A DNA stretch of 64,000 bases from a bacterium (lineage in GTDB: Bacteria > Patescibacteriota > Minisyncoccia > Moranbacterales > DUUL01), in the NCBI GenBank assembly GCA_018675685.1, contig JABGXP010000012.1:11596-75595 (forward strand), given 5' to 3'. Every line of letters starts with the position of its first letter. The first letter of the stretch is position 1. A program made the translations under genes and the position numbers. Positions 10,617-19,032 of the stretch are shown here, one piece after another. The notes beneath the pieces are model-generated. The model ran no database searches. It was not told where the DNA came from and saw only the letters and a list, made by a program, of their open reading frames with translations.

Positions 10617-11213
10617 GTGTTTCCAAAAACATTTCAGAAATTAATAGATCAATTTTCAGCCCTCCCTTCAGTTGGACCAAAAATGGCTGAAAGATTGGTT
10701 TTATATCTTTTCAAACAAAATACAGACACCACAAAACAATTCGCAAGAGATCTGCATGAATTTGCAACAAATGTACATTATTGTTCGAGATGTTATAATA
10801 TATCTGAAGAAGAAGGTGAGTGTTCTATCTGCCGAGACAAAAAAAGAGATAAAAAAACAATTTGTGTTGTTGAGGAACCACTGGATATAATCGCTTTTGA
10901 AAAGACTAGACGTTTTTTGGGCTTGTACCATGTGCTTGGCGGAAACTTAAGTGTGATGAGTGCAGAAGAAATTAAAAAACTCAAAATCAATCAATTGGTT
11001 CAAAGAGTTAAGGACGAAGAAATAGAAGAAGTAATTGTCGCTACAAATCCAACGACCGACGGAGAAACAACATCCTTATATCTCGGTAGAATCCTAAGAC
11101 CTTTAAATGCTAAAGTAACAAGAATCGCTAGAGGACTGCCAACTGGCGGTGACATCGAATATGCCGACGAAATGACACTGCTCGGTGCTCTTGATGGAAG
11201 GAGAGAAATCTAA
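10617..11213 (+). CDS. recR: recombination protein RecR
   Basis: HhH N-terminus (ALPSVGPKMAERL), C4 zinc finger CSRCYNISEEEGECSIC, Toprim domain; GTG start. Confidence 0.9.
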   Translation: MFPKTFQKLIDQFSALPSVGPKMAERLVLYLFKQNTDTTKQFARDLHEFATNVHYCSRCYNISEEEGECSICRDKKRDKKTICVVEEPLDIIAFEKTRRFLGLYHVLGGNLSVMSAEEIKKLKINQLVQRVKDEEIEEVIVATNPTTDGETTSLYLGRILRPLNAKVTRIARGLPTGGDIEYADEMTLLGALDGRREI

Positions 11214-11252
11214 TATTTATTTTTTTAAACTTTAAACATTAAAAATAAAAAA

Positions 11253-11909
11253 ATGACAAAAAAAATCGGAATGTTTCTTGTGATGGGTCTGTTTTGTGTT
11301 TCTTTTGTTGGTTGTGGTAAAGAAGTAGCGAAGACTGACGATGCAAATCAAGGTAAAGCCATTGAACATATGGAAAAAGAAATGGCAACAAAAACAGAAA
11401 AGATGGTTGAGAAGAGTGGTATAGCTGGTTTATTGGAAAAAGGCGATAAGATAAAATGTGAGTATAAAATAGAAACAGGAGATGATAATGCTACGGTTCT
11501 TACATATATTGATGGAGAAAAATTTAAGACAGAATCAAATATGGGAGGAATACAAGCAGTTTCAATTTTTGATGGAGAAAGTTACTATAGTTGGACAACG
11601 GGGAAGACAAAACAAGGGAGTAAGATTGATAAAAGATGTATGGAGGAAATGGAGGCTGAAACAATGGGTGATGAAATGGATGAGGATGACGACGACGACA
11701 TGACATTTGGGGATGTGGACGATATTGTTGCCTGGGAAAATGATATGCAAATGAATTGTTCTAAGACGGGTAACATCGACTGGACTATTCCAACAGATAT
11801 AAAGTTTATAGACACTTGCAAGATGATGGAAAACATGGAAAATCAAACACAAAACATGGAACAAATACAAAAAGATATGGAGCAGATGCAAAAAGACATG
11901 GGAATGTAG
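11253..11909 (+). CDS. lipoprotein, hypothetical, with a D/E-rich tract and C-terminal QKDMEQMQKDM repeats
   Basis: Signal peptide plus a lipobox-like FVGC; acidic run DEMDEDDDDDM; repeated MENMENQTQNMEQIQKDMEQMQKDM. Confidence 0.6.
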   Translation: MTKKIGMFLVMGLFCVSFVGCGKEVAKTDDANQGKAIEHMEKEMATKTEKMVEKSGIAGLLEKGDKIKCEYKIETGDDNATVLTYIDGEKFKTESNMGGIQAVSIFDGESYYSWTTGKTKQGSKIDKRCMEEMEAETMGDEMDEDDDDDMTFGDVDDIVAWENDMQMNCSKTGNIDWTIPTDIKFIDTCKMMENMENQTQNMEQIQKDMEQMQKDMGM

Positions 11910-11943
11910 GTTTGTTTTAAGTAGGTTTCAGATAAGTATAAAA

Positions 11944-11970
11944 GCACCAGTTATTGCTGGTGTTTTTTCT
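11944..11970 (+). terminator. Rho-independent terminator after the lipoprotein gene
   Basis: GCACCAG ttattg CTGGTG hairpin followed by TTTTTT. Confidence 0.6.
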
Positions 11971-12081
11971 TTTATCACTATCAACATCAACCTTGCACCA
12001 ACCCTAAACACAAGCTAATATTAATCATTCCTCAAACACCCCTTATAATAAGGGTAAACAGCACCTAAATATTTTTAGATA

Positions 12082-12117
12082 CATCTATAGATGCCTCTAT
12101 AGTGACCTCTGTAGATG
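12082..12117. promoter_or_regulatory. array of three CTATAG-type sites: a perfect palindrome CATCTATAGATG followed by CTCTATAGTGACC and CTCTGTAGATG
   Basis: CATCTATAGATG is a perfect 12-nt palindrome; two degenerate copies follow in tandem with a 12-13 nt period, inside a 460-bp ORF-free region. Confidence 0.3.
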
Positions 12118-12368
12118 TTACTATTATTGTTGAAGATAGATTCTTGTTTTTTTAAAGAAATATTTATTAAATTTTCGTTTTGCTGAACTGGGCTTGATGT
12201 AGAGAAATTAGAAGGCTGGTATTTGTCAAGTTTGAGCAAAAGTTGTAAACTGAAAGCAGACTTTCTGTGTGAGTAGAAACTTCAACACAAACCAGTGGAC
12301 CGGGCTACAAGCCCGCTCCAGCGTGAACTTTTTTAATTTTGATAAAATAACAACTTAACAATGAATAC

Positions 12369-12839
12369 ATGATTGCTATAATCATTTTTTCAATTTTAGT
12401 CCTATGTTTAAACGGATATGCAATTTATTATGCGCTATTCAAAGACATGGATGGTTTGGGGGGCTATGTCGTGATTTTTTTTGGTTTTTTAGGGTTTGTG
12501 CCAACAATTTTTTGTTATGCGTTACTGATTACAAAATGGAAAACGTTAAGCAAGAAAATTAAAATTCTAGGCTTGATTTCAGTTTTATCAATATTTTTTA
12601 TTCCCATATCAATATATCACAGAGACTATCTTGATTGCATTAACAGAAAGAGCCACATAACCAACCGGATGGATTCAATTACACAAAATATTCAGTCATG
12701 GTATTTCAATGCTGATACAAAGAAATTCTATCTTTTGAAAGAGTATGGATATCAATTTTCTTCCAAAGATATTCCGGCTAATGGCGATTTTGATCAAACT
12801 GTTGTCCCTATGAGTTGCAGGAAATGGCTTAAAAAATGA
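12369..12839 (+). CDS. hypothetical membrane protein
   Basis: 156-aa ORF with 3-4 predicted TM helices and no recognisable motif. Confidence 0.45.
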   Translation: MIAIIIFSILVLCLNGYAIYYALFKDMDGLGGYVVIFFGFLGFVPTIFCYALLITKWKTLSKKIKILGLISVLSIFFIPISIYHRDYLDCINRKSHITNRMDSITQNIQSWYFNADTKKFYLLKEYGYQFSSKDIPANGDFDQTVVPMSCRKWLKK

Positions 12840-12883
12840 CATTAGGATAAGTAGCTGTCTGTCTCCTGGCACCAAGACCCAAA

Positions 12884-13042
12884 AATGACTAATAAAAATA
12901 AATCCAAATGGTTTAGAATAGAAAGTATAGTACTAGTTCTTACTATAGTATTACTTGGGATTATAAGATCGTTTATTACTGTTGTTCCAGGATATGAAAA
13001 CAAAACAAATAAACAGTCGGCTCTAGACCATCAAACTATTTA
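12884..13042 (+). CDS. small hypothetical single-TM protein (52 aa)
   Basis: ATG-started ORF MTNKNKSKWFRIESIVLVLTIVLLGII...; not in the supplied ORF track because it is under 60 aa. Confidence 0.25.
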
Positions 13043-13056
13043 AATTTTCCTGTAAT

Positions 13057-13214
13057 TATTTTTCATCTCTCTTCCATCTCCATTTGCACTCTTTTAAATG
13101 TAAATAGAAATATTTTTTAACACCATTAAATTTTGCAAGTCTCCTTTTGGTAAAAGACCAAAAAGATTCAATGCCATTAATGTGAATATGACCATTCCCA
13201 AGCAGTTCTTAAAC
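13057..13214 (-). mobile_element. ISXO2-like (IS1595 family) transposase C-terminal remnant (pseudogene fragment)
   Basis: The minus-strand frame reads ELLGNGHIHINGIESFWSFTKRRLAKFNGVKKYFYLHLKECKWRW, which matches the conserved C-terminus of ISXO2-like DDE transposases (…INGIESFWS.AKRRL.KFNG…FYLHLKE.E.RFN). The upstream part is interrupted by stops. Confidence 0.6.
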
Positions 13215-13432
13215 GCCAGTTAAAATTCAATTTAGGAAGTTTATGTAGCAAAAAATTAATCATAGATTTAATTCTAATATAAAAGACATATTTCTTGCTG
13301 GGGATAAAAAATTTATGTCAAAGTTATTGATTCTCGCAGAAGATTGTAAAAATAACTTAAACACTAACTAAACATACGACATCTAAGTCAAACACAAAAG
13401 ATATTATTAAAATATTAATTACCGCGTTATCA

Positions 13433-13690
13433 TTGGGTTGGATAGCTGTGGTTATAATCAATCTTTTTTCATATATCCCAATCTTTCTTTATTATAGATA
13501 TTATTTTAGTATTTTTGGAACTGGCATATTTCCTTTTATCTTTCCGAGTATAATTTTTTATTTTTTGGTAAAGCTTATCGCTAAAAAACACCCCGCTCTG
13601 TTTGAAAAAGTTTTCTTTTTTTACTTTATTTGCTCTAATTCCAATATTGATATGGATAATTCGGTCCATTTATTTCATAGTAACTTATAG
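13433..13690 (+). CDS. doubtful small hydrophobic ORF (85 aa)
   Basis: Phe/Ile/Tyr-rich low-complexity translation of AT-rich DNA inside the putative islet. Confidence 0.15.
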   Translation: MGWIAVVIINLFSYIPIFLYYRYYFSIFGTGIFPFIFPSIIFYFLVKLIAKKHPALFEKVFFFYFICSNSNIDMDNSVHLFHSNL

Positions 13691-13756
13691 TCCGATGGGG
13701 TAAATATGAGTCATTAAGTACCCCCCAGCTCCAGCGCAAAGTAGGAGAACTATAAG

Positions 13757-13835
13757 GTTCAGGTTGTAAACCTGAACCTGCAGAGGTTATTCAAGTAATC
13801 ATGTAATTAATTACTTACATGATTTGTTTTTTATT
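13757..13835 (+). terminator. two tandem hairpins followed by a T-run (plus-strand intrinsic terminator)
   Basis: GGTTCAGGTT gta AACCTGAACC (10-bp perfect stem), then AATCATGTAA ttaattac TTACATGATT, then TGTTTTTT. Confidence 0.5.
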
Positions 13836-13857
13836 AATAGATACTCTTAAAGATATC

Positions 13858-14826
13858 TTAAAATTTGGCCAAAATTGTCTTGATTTCTTCCAAATTTTCA
13901 ACTTGGAAGAACTCAGCTCGAAGCTTCTTAGCTTCTGGGAATCCTTTAAAATACCATCCAAGATGCTTTCGCATTTCTACAACATTTCCTTTTCCTTTAT
14001 ACTCCTCGATCAATTCGCAATGTCTCAGTGCGACTTTTTTTATTTCCTCAAGTGTTGGCTTAGTATATGTTCCAGTTGCAAAATATTCTTTGATTTGAGA
14101 AAAAATCCAAGGATTTCCAAAGCAACCACGAGCGATCCCAAGACCATCAGCAGCCGTTTTTTCAAAAACCTCTTTAGCTGTTTCTGGCGTAAAAATCCCA
14201 CCATTTGCAATCACTTCTTTTTTTGGATACTTCTCTTTTATTTTTTTGATTAAACCAAAATCGATATCGCCAGAAAAACCTTCATGGAAAGTTCTGCCAT
14301 GAACCATGATTGTTTTCCAATTTAAATCTGAAACTTCTTGAAGGAAATCAAAAGCTGAGACGTCATCGATACCTGCTCTGATCTTAATTGAAACGGGAAG
14401 GGAAGTGTTGTCTATGACAGCTGCTATTATTTTTTTTGCATGTTTTGGGTCTCGCATTAGCGCACAACCACTGTCTTGTTTCATTACTTTTTTTACAGGA
14501 CATCCAAAGTTAATATCAATTCCTTCTGGTCTGCGAGGGGTTGAACTTTTATTGATTTCATCAATCTTGGGCAAGTTGTCAATTATTTTTGTCGCCGAAG
14601 CAAAATGTTTAGGATTATTCCCAAAAAGTTGAATAATCAAAGGAAAATCTTGTTTACAGGAGTTGACAAGAGAGATGTTTTTCTGTAAGGTGTAATGCAG
14701 ACCAGTTGAGCTTAACATTTCTGAATACAGGGTGTCCGCACCAAGTTCTTTGCAGATAATTCGAAATGGTAGGTCGGTGATTCCAGCCATAGGGGCGAGG
14801 ATCAAGTTTGGAATTTCTTTTTTCAT
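13858..14826 (-). CDS. dus: tRNA-dihydrouridine synthase (DusB-like)
   Basis: MKKEIPNLILAPMAGITDLPFR N-terminus, FMN-binding TIM-barrel motifs and a C-terminal helical domain. The ORF-track N-terminal extension to 15096 is rejected; start set at the ATG at 14826. Confidence 0.85.
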   Translation of the reverse strand: MKKEIPNLILAPMAGITDLPFRIICKELGADTLYSEMLSSTGLHYTLQKNISLVNSCKQDFPLIIQLFGNNPKHFASATKIIDNLPKIDEINKSSTPRRPEGIDINFGCPVKKVMKQDSGCALMRDPKHAKKIIAAVIDNTSLPVSIKIRAGIDDVSAFDFLQEVSDLNWKTIMVHGRTFHEGFSGDIDFGLIKKIKEKYPKKEVIANGGIFTPETAKEVFEKTAADGLGIARGCFGNPWIFSQIKEYFATGTYTKPTLEEIKKVALRHCELIEEYKGKGNVVEMRKHLGWYFKGFPEAKKLRAEFFQVENLEEIKTILAKF

Positions 14827-14838
14827 ATGGAGGTTTAA

Positions 14839-15115
14839 TATGGCTGAGTTAATTTTAGAGGCAAAAGAAGCTGCTAGCGAGTGGTTTAAGGGTAAAACAA
14901 AAGACAAAACTCTTATCCAATTAGCCATAGCCTTTGCTATGCTAGCACTGGATTCCGAAGAACATGAAGTTCGTGGAATTCTAAAAACACTCATTGAAAC
15001 ATTAAAAAGATTCAAAACAAAGGGAGCAGAAAAAATGATTAAGGCTGTTACAGAAGAGATGGAAATGCATTGGACGAATAAACCAGCTTCTAACAAACCT
15101 TTTCTCTTACTGTAA
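14839..15115 (+). CDS. small hypothetical protein (92 aa), divergent from dus
   Basis: Starts MAELILEAKEAASEWF at an ATG 6 nt downstream of a GGAGG Shine-Dalgarno. Confidence 0.45.
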
Positions 15116-15207
15116 AGAGGAATCAGAAAATGAATATGAAAACCACCAGTGGTGGTATATTCGGCAGGTGGCTTGGAAATATTATTTTCAAGCCACCCTT
15201 TAGTTTT

Positions 15208-16647
15208 CTATTTTTTCATAACCACAAACCCCGCTGACTCATCTTCCACGACAAAACCTTGTTGAAGAATCTTATCTCTTAGTTTATCGGCTTTTTCAAA
15301 ATCTTTTTCTTCGCGTGCTTTTTTTCTTTGGTTTGCTAAATCAATGATTTCAGCAGGTATTTGCTCTTTTTTCTTTTCAATCAACTCCAATCCCAAGACT
15401 TTATTAATTTTATTCCAAAAGGATAGAAGCTCTTTTGTATCTGTTGAAGACAGGCCTTCTTCTGCGATAATCTGATTCACTTTCGTTATTAACTCGAATA
15501 CAACACTGAGAGCCTTTGGTGTATTTATGTCATCATCCATTGCCTCAACAAAACCTGCTTGAACTTTATCTAAATTTAAATCCTTTTGTTTTTCTGATTG
15601 AATCTCTTTTCCTTTGATTTCCTTTAAACTTTCTATTAATCGAGAAATTTTCTCCAGATTTTTTTGTGCTTGCTCCATCCCATCCCAAGTGAAGTTAATA
15701 TTAGAACGATAGTGCGAGCTGAGAATTAGGAGACGGAAAACCATAGGATCATATCCTTTTTTAATGATATCACGCAAGATATAAAAATTTCCTTTTGATT
15801 TTGACATTTTCTCTCCATTAACTAAAAGATGTCGGAGATGTAACCAAAACCTAGCAAAAGTTTGACCTGTTGCACCTTCAGATTGAGCAATTTCATTTTC
15901 GTGATGGGGGAAGATATTATCTTCTGCGCCAGTGTGGATGTCTAACGTTTCACCAAGATACTCCATACTCATTGCGCTACATTCGATGTGCCAACCTGGA
16001 TAGCCTAATGACCAAGGACTTTCCCATTTCAAAATATGCTCTTTCGGGGCCTTCAACCAAAGAGCAAAATCGTAAGCATGCTTTTTATCAGGATGCTTTT
16101 CAAGTCTTGCTCCATGCTTGAGTTCCTCAACTTTTTTGCCAGAGAGTTTCCCATAGTTTTTAAACTTTTCAACATCATAGAAAACATTTCCATTGCTTTC
16201 GTATGCCAAGCCTTTTTTGATTAAAGTCTCGATAAGATCAATCATTTGAGGGACATGTGCAGTGGCACGAGGATAGAACTGAGCTTTTTGAAAATTCATC
16301 TTCTTTGCATCTTCGAAAAACAAATCGATATAGAATTCTGCAATCTCCAAAGGAGACTTTTTTTCTTTTATTGCAGCCCTTAGCATCTTATCTTCGCCAC
16401 TATCAGCTTGATTTACTTCGTCATCAGTTAAGTGTCCAACGTCTGTAAAATTAAAAATATGACGGACCTCATACCCTTTAAATTTCAGATACCTTTTAAG
16501 TGTGTCTGCGAATGTGTATGCAGTAAGATTCCCAATATGTGCATGGTTATAAACCGTTGGTCCACAACTGTAGAACCGCACCTTTCCTTTTTCAATTGAG
16601 TTAAACTCCTCCTTCTCCCCCGAAAGGGTGTTGAATAATTTGAGCAT
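15208..16647 (-). CDS. cysS: cysteinyl-tRNA synthetase
   Basis: HIGN (HIGH-type) motif, KMSKSKGN, cysteine-binding CGPTVYN; 479 aa. Confidence 0.95.
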   Translation of the reverse strand: MLKLFNTLSGEKEEFNSIEKGKVRFYSCGPTVYNHAHIGNLTAYTFADTLKRYLKFKGYEVRHIFNFTDVGHLTDDEVNQADSGEDKMLRAAIKEKKSPLEIAEFYIDLFFEDAKKMNFQKAQFYPRATAHVPQMIDLIETLIKKGLAYESNGNVFYDVEKFKNYGKLSGKKVEELKHGARLEKHPDKKHAYDFALWLKAPKEHILKWESPWSLGYPGWHIECSAMSMEYLGETLDIHTGAEDNIFPHHENEIAQSEGATGQTFARFWLHLRHLLVNGEKMSKSKGNFYILRDIIKKGYDPMVFRLLILSSHYRSNINFTWDGMEQAQKNLEKISRLIESLKEIKGKEIQSEKQKDLNLDKVQAGFVEAMDDDINTPKALSVVFELITKVNQIIAEEGLSSTDTKELLSFWNKINKVLGLELIEKKKEQIPAEIIDLANQRKKAREEKDFEKADKLRDKILQQGFVVEDESAGFVVMKK

Positions 16648-16651
16648 ATAT

Positions 16652-17569
16652 TTATTTTATAAATTGGCTTAGATATTTTTCTCCTCTGTCCGGAAACACA
16701 CAAACAATATGAGCTTTTTTGTTTCCAGAAAATTCTATTTTTTTAGCAATTTCAAGTGCACCATGTAAGGCAGCAGCAGAAGAAATTCCATAAAATAAAC
16801 CTTCTTGTGTGCAAAGTTGTTTATGTATTTTATGGACCTCTAGTTCATTTCGAATTTTGAATCCTTGATCAATAACCGTGAAATCAAGAATTGGTGGGAT
16901 ATATCCCTCTAAACTTCTTGGTCCAGGAATTGATGAATTTGAACCAACTTCAACTCCAACTACTTGAATTTGATTGTTAAAGCTCTTCATTCGTTTTCCA
17001 ATCCCACTAATTGTCCCACCCGTCCCAACAGTTGCAACTAAGTGAGTGATGTTCGGGATTTGCTTTGTGATTTCCTTCCCAGTTGTTTCAAAATGAACTT
17101 GAGCACATATTTGATTCTCATATTGATTGGGCATTACTAAAGAGGTATCACTTTTTGCTAACTCCTTTATTTTTTTGATTGCAGTTTCCCCAACCCACTC
17201 TTCTTTTTTGCAGAACTCAACTTTAGTACCAAACATCTTCAAGATCGCAATTCTCTCAGGAGTAGCATTTTCGGGGAGCACTATTCTAACGGCGTATCCT
17301 TTTTTAGCAGCTATCATCGCGAGTCCAATGCCCGTATTACCCGATGACGGTTCGATTATAGTTTTGTTCTTTTTGAGGAGTTTTCTTTTTTCTAAATCAG
17401 TTATAAGGGCGAGCGCAACACGATCTTTAATTGAACCTCCAATATTTTCTCCTTCTAGCTTTGCATATATATTATACTTCTTGGTGCAAAAAGAATCCAG
17501 CTGTATTAGCGGAGTATTGCCAATTAACTTCGTCAGATCAGTTGGTTTTCTGTTTGCCATAGCCAGCAT
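16652..17569 (-). CDS. cysK: cysteine synthase (O-acetylserine sulfhydrylase, PLP-dependent)
   Basis: TPLIQLD, the PLP-lysine region KLEGENIGGSIKDR and the glycine-rich loop GTGGTISG. Confidence 0.9.
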   Translation of the reverse strand: MLAMANRKPTDLTKLIGNTPLIQLDSFCTKKYNIYAKLEGENIGGSIKDRVALALITDLEKRKLLKKNKTIIEPSSGNTGIGLAMIAAKKGYAVRIVLPENATPERIAILKMFGTKVEFCKKEEWVGETAIKKIKELAKSDTSLVMPNQYENQICAQVHFETTGKEITKQIPNITHLVATVGTGGTISGIGKRMKSFNNQIQVVGVEVGSNSSIPGPRSLEGYIPPILDFTVIDQGFKIRNELEVHKIHKQLCTQEGLFYGISSAAALHGALEIAKKIEFSGNKKAHIVCVFPDRGEKYLSQFIK

Positions 17570-17582
17570 TTTTAAAATTTAG

Positions 17583-17905
17583 AAAATAAAAAAATCTCTC
17601 GTCCTTCATGAAAAAATACTTTTCATAAAAGGGCGAGAGATTTCGCGGTTCCACCTTTCTTTCGTATTGCAGAGAGTAGTAGTCGATTTTGATATTCACC
17701 AAAATGCTAGCTAAAAAACTAAATACGCTTAATTTGAGCTATTACGGAGCAAGACCGGCGAGAGTTGTCTACGAAGTTAATCGAGGTTTTATTTTCTCGC
17801 AATCTGTCTTTTGGAAAAGACTAGCAAGGCGCACACTTCCTTGCTTTGATTTTTTTGAAAAAAAGAACAATCTAAGCATATAAGTTTTTTAATAAAATGT
17901 CAAAA
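17583..17905 (-). promoter_or_regulatory. T-box riboswitch leader with intrinsic terminator, upstream of cysK-cysS
   Basis: The minus-strand RNA reads ...GAAAGAAAGGUGGAACCGCGAAAUCUCUCGCCCUUUUAUGAAAAGUAUUUUUUCAUGAAGGACGAGAGAUUUUUUUAUUUU. AAGGUGGAACCGCG matches the T-box consensus AGGGUGGNACCGCG at 13 of 14 positions. It is directly followed by a 9-bp terminator stem (AAUCUCUCG/CGAGAGAUU) and a U-run, the canonical antiterminator/terminator arrangement. A hairpin with loop AAGUGUGCG carrying the Cys codons UGU/UGC lies about 180 nt upstream. Confidence 0.7.
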
Positions 17906-17917
17906 ATTATCAACAAA

Positions 17918-17952
17918 AAGACCCGCGAGTTTATAACAAGCGGGCCACAAAG
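17918..17952 (-). terminator. intrinsic terminator after corA
   Basis: Minus strand reads GCCCGC ttgttataaactc GCGGGT followed by CTTTTTGTT. Confidence 0.5.
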
Positions 17953-17975
17953 CTCTTTGTAGGATTAGTTTTAAA

Positions 17976-18893
17976 CTATAACCATTTTTTTCTTCGAAAG
18001 AATGTAAGTAAGGAAACAACAGTAAAAAACATCAAGCCGAGAATAAACCAGAAAGTTGTTTTTTCATGGGCAATCGAGAAGGAGTCGAATGGTGCCATTC
18101 CAAAAATCCCAACTGTTACTGAAAGTGTAAAAGTTATAAGTGAAATAGCCGTCAAAAAACGCATTGCCTCATTAATCTTATAAGAAACAAGAGCATTGTT
18201 AGTTTCTTCAAGTGATTCAATTACTTCTTTGGTATTTTCAAGAGCATTCCAGACCCGGATATTGACACCTATGAGTTCTTGAAAATATTTATTCAAACTA
18301 TCATCTAACAAGTTATAGTGTTTTTGTACAAGAGATTCAAGGATGCTTCTTTGGGGTTTGAGAGTTCTCCTAAAAGCCAAGATATCCCTTTTCACAACTG
18401 AAGTTTCGCATACCATTTCTTTTTCTTTCCCGCTAAATATCTGTTTTTCTATTTCACTTAATTGTTCATTAATATGATCAATCTTTGGGAAACAAGAATC
18501 AAGCAATTTTTCTAAAATAAAATAAAGAAGATAAGCAGTTGATTCGGACATCGCTTGATTTTTAACTACCTCATTTTCATTAAACTCTTTAATGATTGCT
18601 TTGAGCGGTATGTTATCACCAATGTGGGCTGTAAAGAGATGATCCTTGGTAATTACAATATCCAATTCTCCTGGTGTAGTAACTCTTTTGGAGCGATCAA
18701 AGAGGGGGATATGTATCACGACGTATAGACAATTACTGAATTCTTGAGCTCGTGGACGTTGTGATGGGGAAGTAAACTCATCAAGAACAAGTGGGTCTAA
18801 TTTGAAATTATCTTTCACATATAAAATATCTTGAGGTGTCGGGTCTTGAATATCAATCCAAGTTAACTTATCTCCGCTGATTTTATTCATCAT
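17976..18893 (-). CDS. corA: CorA-family divalent cation (Mg/Co) transporter
   Basis: Cytoplasmic alpha/beta N-domain and two C-terminal TM helices. The GMN-like loop reads GMAPFD, i.e. variant. Confidence 0.6.
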   Translation of the reverse strand: MMNKISGDKLTWIDIQDPTPQDILYVKDNFKLDPLVLDEFTSPSQRPRAQEFSNCLYVVIHIPLFDRSKRVTTPGELDIVITKDHLFTAHIGDNIPLKAIIKEFNENEVVKNQAMSESTAYLLYFILEKLLDSCFPKIDHINEQLSEIEKQIFSGKEKEMVCETSVVKRDILAFRRTLKPQRSILESLVQKHYNLLDDSLNKYFQELIGVNIRVWNALENTKEVIESLEETNNALVSYKINEAMRFLTAISLITFTLSVTVGIFGMAPFDSFSIAHEKTTFWFILGLMFFTVVSLLTFFRRKKWL

Positions 18894-19032
18894 GAATTTA
18901 TCGTTTATATTTTTCTTATTTTCTCTATTCTAGCAAGAAAGTTCATTATTTCAAAGCTTTATATTTTTGAATAAAATTTCAAATACCCGTACTTGCTAAA
19001 TATCTAAAAAAGTATTTAATTAAAGCAGTGAT

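Noticed and set aside
11562-11891. His-rich 109-aa minus-strand ORF and the other 60-83-aa ORFs inside the lipoprotein gene
   Set aside because: These are antisense mirror translations of the D/E/M-rich repeat region and have no independent signals.
12040-12075. SRP (4.5S) RNA on the minus strand, because of GTGCTGTTTACCC
   Set aside because: It lacks the conserved AGCAGCCAAGG/GGAAGCAGCC helix-8 motif and a symmetric closing helix.
11975-12335. tmRNA (ssrA) gene in the long intergenic region, suggested by ...GCCCGCTCCAGCG resembling a ...CAGCTCCACCA 3' end
   Set aside because: No GGGGNUG 5' acceptor arm, no canonical 7-nt T-loop, and no plausible tag reading frame ending in a hydrophobic ...AA stop. 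Kept only as an att-like repeat observation.
13433-13690. 85-aa ORF as a real membrane protein
   Set aside because: Extreme Phe/Ile/Tyr low-complexity composition from AT-rich DNA next to a transposase remnant. Retained only at very low confidence.
14827-15096. N-terminal 90-aa extension of the dus ORF
   Set aside because: Low-complexity sequence antisense to a better small plus-strand gene. The canonical Dus N-terminus begins at the internal Met.
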